A stretch of 64,000 nt of DNA, taken from Balanoglossus misakiensis (lineage: Eukaryota > Animalia > Hemichordata). Shown here piece by piece: positions 54,692 to 64,000 of this stretch (position 1 is its first letter; each line of letters starts with the position of its first letter). The notes beneath the pieces are model-generated. The model had not been told where the DNA came from. It ran no database searches and was given only the letters and a program-made list of their open reading frames with translations. Both the position numbers and the translations under genes were made by a program. Location of the stretch: assembly GCA_040954595.2 (NCBI GenBank), contig CM082585.2, positions 5,791,808 to 5,855,807 on the forward strand, in the 5' to 3' direction.

Positions 54692-57600
54692 ATGCCACTT
54701 CGCCAAACTACATCACTTCCATAAAATAAATAAACACAAAACACCGTCGACCGTCCATTTGGCGAAATGTAACATACATAATGTATGTTACCTTTCGCCA
54801 AATGCTCGGTATTGTGCCCTCAATATTGTTGAGCACTTGCTATCCTCCAAAATTACACAGTTTATCGGTCCAGCTTCTTTTGGTAACGGTGCAAAAATAC
54901 ACCAAACCAATACTCACCCGATCACAAGTCGACACCAACTGCTGACCTCCGGAAGATCATACAAAAAATGGCGGTAAGTGAGTGTCGAATGACGTCACAA
55001 ACTGGGGAATCCCCCCAGCTGGTCTCGGTTACCCAGACTCCTCTGCTTCTTCCGCTGCGTTGGCATAGCGAACTGACTGGGGTACCGGCCGGTATACCAA
55101 GATACTAGTATACGGAACACAAACATAAACCATTTTACTGATTGATACTTTGTTAGCGCTGTCGTGTGGGACAACTGGTGGGAAATAAAAAGAAGATAAA
55201 ATATCTCTGCAACTCAATTTAACGTTTTACTGTAAAATGAATGGACGCACTTAGACCACTCTGTAGAAAGTAGGGCTGTTTCGGTGATAGGTATACAGGA
55301 GAAAAAAGTAAAAACATGAAACAAGAACTTATATGTCCTTTTCATTTTTTTCAACAAAAAACGAACGACAGTATATGATAGCAGTTTTCTTGCTTTCATT
55401 TCTTTGTATCAAAAAAGGAATACTGTTAGACGCGTTTGCCACGGATCGACGAAATCACAAAACGACGAAATAGACTCGGAAATGGAGACTGAAATAAAGT
55501 ATAAACCGGCAAAAGAGAAAATCAGAAAGATGAAGTTCAGCGCCGGAATGTGTGTGGGTGGGTGGGTGGAGAAAAGGGTGTACTTGATGGCCTACTTATG
55601 CTGCGTATAAAATGAAGAAATAAAATGTCTCAGCATAGAAGACCGGGCGAAGTGTATATACACATTGTGTGATGAAGAAGAATGAGATGAAAGGAAAGTA
55701 CGTTGGCTCTTTATTAAAATGCATCAGGGTCAAGGAGACCGGGGTCGGCAGTCTGGACTAACAGAGTGGAGACAGAACGGTGGGACGGGAAGTGACCATG
55801 ACCTGTGACCCCGTTTGATCCATTTTAGTGACACCAACAAAGGGCGTCTAAGAAAATGTGCAAACTGCAAAAATTACATTAAATTACTTTCGAGTTCTAA
55901 AATGGAGAGATTTTTCTTTAGAAATCAAAGGAACGCAAAATAGGGAGTCCCCCGAATTGTAAACTAAACTAGACGAAATGCACTGTTTGGAAGCTTAGTC
56001 ACCATGGTGACAGAGCTTTGCGTCAGTCAAAGAGAAAATTAGTAATATGAATACAAAATGTTTTAATATACTTAAAGGGCCATATAGAAGATCCTGTGAC
56101 TATGTAGAAAACCCGTGTCCTTTGAAGAAAAAAAAAAGTTGCATAGAAACTTGCTTTATTTGTTTGACCACTGTCGTCTATGGTTTGCATGCCTTTTGCA
56201 TACAAAATTACAAGACCGAATTTGGGATTTGACGTTATTTTAAATGGTGCGTACATATCGATGTGAAGCAATTGGTTAGAAGGCCTTTATAGGAATGTGT
56301 GTGAGCGGGTACATGTACTTTATGTTGCATATGTATTGGAAGAATGGTCCCCCAGTTACATGTATTTATCTGTACCAAAAGCTTGATGTGTCTGTACATG
56401 GACTACGCGTTTTCTCAGCAATTGTTGGGAACCACGTGATGTTCATGACAGGCTTCGCCTACCAACTCCTCTGGGAATAAGCCCATACACTTGTAGTTAA
56501 TTGGGAATGGGGGTGTTTATCTGACTTATTATTCTTTTTTTCTCTGTAAAGCCACGAGTTCCCAGCTTCCATATGCTATTGTTCTAACAATTATGCTGTG
56601 TTTACCAAATGTCACATTTCAAACCACTGTATATAAACCGCTGAGTTTCGACAATAAAAAGGAACTACATGTACATTTGACTTCTCACTCGAACTACAGG
56701 CCATCCCGTCTCTCTCTTTATTCCGAACCTATCCGCAGGTGTACGCCGTACAGCCCAAAAGGCCCGTAATATGATCGCTTCGCGATGGGGAGGGGGGGGG
56801 GCTACGTCTACTGCGCCCCCCCCCCCACCCCCATCGTAAGTGTTGGCATTTTTTCGATCAACGGCACTCCCAAGCCACAAGAAAAAATGCCAACACTTAC
56901 TCTAACCGTTTAATACACCCTGACCATGACCGTTGAATATACCTAACAAACAAACAAAACAACAAAATCGTGGAGGGAGAGCCCCCTATGGGTACACAAT
57001 GGTTCATTGAAGCGTGAAGAAGAATGAAACAGACATAAAAGTGTATGAGGTCGCGGCGTGACCAAATTACTAAGTTAATAGTGTACACGACCGAGGAGAC
57101 CGTTGTGTCGACAGGATTGGATTTCGATTTGATCTGATCCCGCTTTATCTATTATGATGACACCTACCACAGTGTGTAAGGGACTGTGCACCAACACAGG
57201 GCGAATATTTCCTGCTCCGAACGGAGATATACAAAGTATAGTTCGAATCACGGCCACTCCTTTGACTTATTCTAAACACAGATTACCAGTAATAAAATAT
57301 GATGAGGCCTAACGTCAGGAACAGGTTCGTAATAGCGGCTGCTATATATAAGAAAGGTTGGTGATGCCCCAACGACAAACTTGCACCTACAAGATGCACA
57401 CTGAAAGACCTTTAGGAGCTGTGCTTGTCTTTACTATTTGGTGTTCCCATCCCGGGATGGTCAGCCGTGGGTGAGTCATGGTCACCTCCTTGAGATGATT
57501 CAACCGTCTTTAGGCCCGTGCTTGAATATTCAGGAGGGGGTTGACCCGAAGCGCTCGAAGCCGCTGTTATTATATTTTTGGTACAAACTTGATCCAAGGT

Positions 57601-60479
57601 TTTATTCTCTGCATCAGATACCCGACTCTAGTTCCCCTAAGAGTTTTGCGATCAGTTTGCAATTTGTTTTTGTTTTCCACCTGTTTTGAACATCGGATCG
57701 CAAAAACAGAGTAAGCTTACGGTGACGTTTTTGGGTATGAAACAGACTTGCTCCAAGTCTATGGGCTTCATTATGTGTAGGGAACGCGTAGGCGTCGACG
57801 CTACCCGAAACCACAAGCTCAGTCCCAAATTCGAAACTCACCTCACTACCAAAAACACGCTCAAGGCAAGCATGCCCGCAAAACGTATTGCAATTATTTA
57901 TTAAGAAGACAAAAAACACCGAAAACACAAAAAGTATGGAGATTTAAAAATCACCAAGCGACTAGTGGGCTAGTCTAGGTATGAAATAAAATGACAAACA
58001 TCCATCCATCCATCCATACCCCGACACATGCTTGTACCACATGAGCGCGCACACTCACACTCATACACAGTCACACACAGTGCATAGCATACCTTTATGC
58101 CCCCCAGGTACGAGGTCGCAGTGTCCTTGCCAGCTGCAGGTCGCCGGGCGTGAAAAGCCTATACAAGTTGACTACATGTACATGATTTCATAATCTCCAC
58201 AATAGCCAGTAAGAACCAATCATATTAGACTCCTCTACGTGTATTTTAACCTGTTTCCAAGTAAATTCCCTCGGTGTGTAGCCTCATATAGTGGTCACAA
58301 CACGGACCTGTTGCCACAGCAACAGTCAGCCATATACCGGAGCGTCGATTAGCTTGGACAGAGACATTTCTGGAGTTTTGGTCACTTTCGTCGCTATTGG
58401 ACTGCAGATCAGCGGCCGCCATCTTTCTTCAATTCATCTTTCCAGGAGGTAATTTTTTTCGGCTCGTCAGCAGAACACAGCAGGTATGTCCGTTTCTCCT
58501 ACTCGCTATCCTCAAAAAGTCTGCTAAATACGATGAAAATCCTGTTCCGTTTTTTTTACAGCCGATCCTGCAGTAATATGTCAACGAGCTGCAAACGTAG
58601 AAACCATTCTGTGTTCAGGTGTACATAATATAGTTACACCGTGCGCATATTTCTGTACTTACGTCAATGGGAAAAAAGCGCGCACTGGTTTTATTTGGCA
58701 AGGGTTTGGGAGAGTGAAAAAAATCTTGTTTCACGTGAATTATTGGTTGTGTTTACGACGATACAGTTTACTTCTTCATATGCACACGTTAACCCCCCCC
58801 CCCCAACACACACACACACACACAAACCAAGGAACAAACATCGTTCGAGGGCTCAAGGGAAATGTCGTCGTCGCTCGTTGGAATTCGCGTAAAGCTGGAG
58901 TTACCTAAAAACTTGGAATGAATTTCGAAATAAAATCACCATACGCTGGACAAGTAAGCTTCCAACGGCTAAACGCCAACATTGACATCGCTGCACGTGG
59001 CACAATATTAATAATGGCTAAAATTTTAACCGTCGCCAATCTTGTGCTTTTGTCAGACATCTTGGTTTGCGTGGAACGTTTCCCTTCGAGGTCAAATTTT
59101 ATATTTTATTGCAAAACAATACACCCAGGGAATGTGATAAGGCACAAAGCTTTCGAGCCACAAAGAATACTACACGAACAACTGATCGTCGCTGTTACTA
59201 TTTCGGTTGCTAGATAACTAGACAACTACAAGGCGCGGACAACTACGAGATAACAACTGTTGGCTACTGTTTCCAGGTCTGGTTTACAATTCCGGACGTA
59301 CGTCTGCCCGGTTCTTGCCCAAAAATAAACACAAATTCTATTTTCAACAACATAGCTGGGAGTGATTCTCTTGATAATATGCACATTTAAACTGTGGTTT
59401 TACAAGATGTAGTTGGTCTTTGGGGAACTAATGTGCTGAAATCGTTGTGAATTACATGGAGAGACTGTTCAACCATTCCACGTACATCTGGTGCAGTGTA
59501 TTTCCATGATTCATTAAAGCCCCGGTAACTCCAACTTTGGGCTCTTTTCTCAGTATAATTGTTTGACAAGTGTATCAATGTTGGTGTTTTGTTCTGCAAT
59601 GTGTATCATTGCTCAGTTTTTGGGTTTTCAACAGCCTGAGAGCCCGTTTGTAGTAATCATGATTGTTCAAGTCCGTTGTTTAGGGTGTGTTGTCAATGCA
59701 TTTGACTGTTGGTGACGTTGCGTTTTTGCTGAACGTGTGCGTGTCGGTGTGTTGCCCCAGGACAGCCGTCAACGACCTTTTTTGCACAATGCAAATCATG
59801 CACACAAAGCCAACTTTCTTGCCATTCAAAAGCACACACACACAAGGTATCTGTCAAAGATGAATAAACTGTACACGGTGGCAACCAGTGTTCAATGGCA
59901 ACATGCCCTTGGTTTATTCCCAGTAGCCACAGAGTGACATTAACCCCTCCAAGTGTATATCGCTGGGTCAGTGTGTTCCAGCTGCTTTCGGTGTTGCCAG
60001 TCTCACTCACGTGTGATTTGTTTCCCTATTGCCATTCTTGAAGTTATTTTTTGTATACCTTTAGTTGCGATAGTTTTCTTAATTGGTTGCTCTTTTAAAG
60101 TCGGGTGGGAGTTTGTTTATTTGTCGTGTTTCCATGGCGATAAATTGCTCCTTCTTCAGTAGAAAAAGCCAGAATGTTCAGAGTGGGTGTTCGCGTCTGG
60201 TGACTGTTAGTGAAGGGGGTGTTGGGTATACGTTTCTTTGTGACGCAATCCCTTTTAGATCTGATTATTTGTGATTTGATTTATTCGGCTCTTAAAAAGC
60301 ATACAATACATAAGAAGTAAAACTACAAACACAAAAGTGCTGGCCAGGGATACCCCAGACATGTACCAAAACACGCATTCCACTGTGGTCCCACTTATGA
60401 CGAATGGAAAAGCAAAACGATATGAAAACAACTAATGCAAAAAAAACACAATCATTTTACTGACTTTGTTCAGTCATAT

Positions 60480-61240
60480 ATCATAAAAATATTTCTTGAA
60501 CTTGAGATTAATTTGAACTAACGCTCTGCTTTTCTTGGTGCGTACTTTGTTCCATTCAACACTAGCTGTATGAGTAGTATACGCTTGCTTATAATAATAT
60601 TATAATTAGCCAGTCTGTACGCATACGCACTTAGTTTTCTGCATTCATTCGAATTTTACGCAGCTTCGAGTGACTTGTTATTACGCCATTTTTCAACAGG
60701 TTGTTCTTAATCACGCATTTCCATTGTGGAGAATGTCATAGATCAGACGAGTGTTTTCACCGATGACCCGTCCTCTGGTAAAACCTTTTTGATCGGGACC
60801 GATTGTGGTATCCATAATGCGCTTAATACTAAAAGCAATGACAGAAGCTGAGATTGTATAAAGTCTGTATTCAGAAGGGTGATTGGGCGCCAATTTGTTA
60901 TGTACATGTACTTCTTGCTGTTGCCAGGTTTTGGATTACAGGTGGCCACTCCTCTGCGCTGTGATATGGACAGAAGGCCAGCCACGAAGGACTCATTAAA
61001 ACACCTAACAATCAGTTGACCAAAATCTCCCCAAAAGAGCTTATGAAATTCGGACGGAAACCCATCACAACCAGGACTTTTACCATTATCCATATTTTTT
61101 TTGAAACATGACTACACTCGTGGAAAGTTCATAAACCCTCTAAGCCATCTCTTTGCGCATCCGAAAGCTGTGTTTCAATACTTGAATTAAAGTCAGCCAT
61201 AAAGGAATCAGCGGTATTCATGGTGCCACGACTAAAAAAA
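60480..61240 (-). mobile_element. Decayed L1/Tx1-type LINE ORF2 fragment (reverse transcriptase N-terminal part)
   Basis: GKSPGCDGFPSEFHKLFW, SQRRG, NWRPITLLNTD, IGPDQKGF-GR-IGENTRLIYDI across a frameshift; the RT core is missing. Confidence 0.85.
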
Positions 61241-61906
61241 AAGGTTTATATAAAACGCGGCGAATCTTTTCCCATCAACTGTGATATCCAAAGCAAAATT
61301 ACTCATCCATTCACACTTACTTCCGATGAAGTGCCAACTCGAAATTATTAATGAACAAAAAAAAATATCTGATAAATATTTCGGAGCTTCTTCTTTCTGT
61401 ACATAGTCGAGTTTCATAGATGGGACTCAGACTGGTCAACAGGCAGCCACCCTATTTGTTTGAAGCCTGAAGTGAGACGATTCAAGATGTCCTCACGCTG
61501 ACCTGTCCAGGTCAAACCATATATGACTTCATTGGAAAGTTTTCAGTCCATGCTTGCTTTTATGAGCTTGCATAATCAATATGACTTGAATCGCACAGTT
61601 AGCACACAGTTTTTCTAGTTTGAATATCTAAAATCTTTTTATATGGATGCAGAATGTAGGACGAGAGCCTTGCCCTACGATGACCTTTGAGGCTACCAGA
61701 CAATGTGACCAAGCAAGGACGCTCTAATTCACATAACACTAAGGAGCGCCCGGCCCCTACTTCTTTAGACAAAAAAAAAATCTTAAATACGTAACCGGGT
61801 GCGTCTAACCTTTTTTTATAGCGTCTGGTTACATTCAATGGTGTAGACAGAGTCATCTGCGTGAGAAGTCTGCACACTTTTTTGTTGTGGGTGCTGTTGC
61901 TGTTTA

Positions 61907-62226
61907 GTCCAAAATAAAAAAAAATATGTGCTGTTCCGATTACCCGACCTACCCTAATTTAACCCACCGATCCTATACTGTTAGAGCTTCGTATACCGCA
62001 AGTAAAAATAACGATGTCAAATATACAAAATTTATGAAAATTGCGAGAATTATGCGAGAGAACTATGACGAAATCGCACGCATCACGCCAGAACTATGAC
62101 GTCATTCTTCTACACTACGGCGGCCAAAGATTTAAAAAAAATCGCTAAATAAAAAAAATGTCCCTACCTACCTACCCTATTTTTGAAAACCATCTAATCG
62201 GAACAGCACATATTATTTTTTTGGCC
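61907..62226. mobile_element. PIF/Harbinger-like MITE (TTA TSD)
   Basis: TTA-GTCCAAAA..ATATGTGCTGTTCCGATTA...TAATCGGAACAGCACATAT..TTTTGGCC-TTA. Confidence 0.7.
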
Positions 62227-64000
62227 TTACATAATGGCTGAAAGTGTTTTGTCTATACATCAGTCCAGTTCTTGCATGACTGCTTCCCCAATGCCTGCAT
62301 GCATTGAGACGGATTCAAGCTTTGCCTGTATATATTTTCCTCTCAGGGGGCCTGACTTTGTCTACCTTTTGTACCTGCCGTAGCCACTTCGCACAGGAGA
62401 AAGCTCATTCTGTTATGCAGATAAAACTTGTCAGTGACAGTTTCTCATGTGACATCTGGACTACATTCCACATTTCGCTTTTTAAAAAAAATAATAAGTT
62501 AACAAAAGATTACATGAACAAGAGAACAATAGTTTGTTTTGCGCTGCCCACTCTCTCTATAATAACACTTGAAAGATCGAGGTGTCAAAAAAAAGACAGT
62601 TGTAAAATAAAATTGAGCCGAATTCATTCTTGATTTTTGAGTCTGTTATCGACAAAACATTCGTAATATTGACCGATAGGAACAGAATAAAGTGTGAATT
62701 TTGGGATTAACCAGCTTATGTTGCGCACAGTTAAATTCAAGACAAGTTCGTGAATAACATCTTAGACATACACCGGGGACAATTAACACAACGGTTTGAC
62801 ATGTTAACAGTAATTGATGACACCTATTAATCACCTGATTCCACCTACCACTGATTGCCTGTTAACGTTGAGGACATGGTCAAAATGGCCTTGAGACAGT
62901 ATCTATTTCAATGTTAAATGTATAGGGGTCATCAAAGGTGAGTTTTGCATATATGTGTCCTGGGAGGTTGTACAGTACTACAATTGTTGAGACCAGGTCG
63001 AATGGTAGAGCTTGGGGCCGTTTCCCAGAATGCACTATTTTGAAGCCCTTCAAATTTAGTTTTTTTTCTTTAATTTCAGCGGAAACGGGTGACTTGTGGG
63101 TGGTGAAAATGACTTTTACTGGCTACCCAACCTACCAGAAGACATGTATGCAAAAATTACCCTAGGTGAACCCCCTCCCTTTCACTGCTCCATTGGGTGT
63201 GATGTTTCGCTGTGTTTTTAATGTTTTTGCGTACGTGTGTGTCTCCGCTGCAGTTTCACGTTCAACTCCCTCAAACATGATGAAATGCGCAGTATCCAGT
63301 ATCCAACCCACATGGACATAGTCAACACGGTTATGGTGCAAAGTTTGATTCCATGTCCGGACCAGAACTCATTTATTAACAATAGCCTGAACACATGGTT
63401 TATGAGCACCCGTGACAGGCGACGGCTTCCCCTCCCGCGTCGGGCCAACGCCAACCACCCCCCCCCCACCCCCACCCCCGCGCTTGGGACCTGTAAACCC
63501 ATGCATTAAGGCAATACTATATGAATAAAGCCATTGGTAGATATAGAACTGGGGTCAGTAGAAAATCTGTTGGCTCGGAGAATTGCTTCATCATCAGTCA
63601 AATATTCTCATGTTCTTTATCGTATATCTGACATAAATATCTTCAATCTTACAGGTACGCAATGAAAATCACACTGTCTTGAATATTTTTCTCATTTTAA
63701 CAGCACATCTTAATAGCTAAATAGGAACATCTGTCTGCTGTCATACAGAAAAATAACAATACAAGGTATATAAACACGCCAGAAAATTTCGAAGCTATGC
63801 CCGAAATAAGCAAGGTAATTATCATTGAATGAGTGATAGATTACATAGAACCTTTATTTGAATTAATTACCTCACCAGCTGCCTTAATTTCCCCCCCCCC
63901 CCGCTAGACTGGAATGGAAATAAAGTAGCTGGTGAATTAGCTTTATTAAAAACATAAATCAGAACCTGTCAGCGTATGTGTGTGTTTGTCTAATAAAGCA

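Noticed and set aside
59387-60274. Short ORFs as a gene or retroviral remnant
   Set aside because: No recognisable motifs or consistent splice structure.

Overview
Eukaryotic, intron-rich animal DNA (gene and repeat content suggest a marine invertebrate deuterostome; this is inference). Left to right: the last 13 coding exons of an ABCC5/MRP5-like ABC transporter (+, stop at 5171-5173); a ~19.7 kb array of an 88-bp satellite with two variant domains and higher-order repeats (7045-26737); three intact 4-exon CD225/dispanin (IFITM/PRRT-like) genes with N-terminal PPxY motifs plus a deleted remnant (-, 27575-36661); an intronless 526-aa membrane-anchored SGNH hydrolase (-); a complete SMC6 gene (-, 40614-54064); and a repeat-rich tail with MITEs and a decayed L1/Tx1-type LINE. 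The strongest novel-looking signal is a pair of tandem, homologous 159-nt exons in SMC6 encoding alternative versions of the head-proximal neck segment, which look mutually exclusive. All exon boundaries were read by hand from GT/AG sites and frame continuity; no searches were run.
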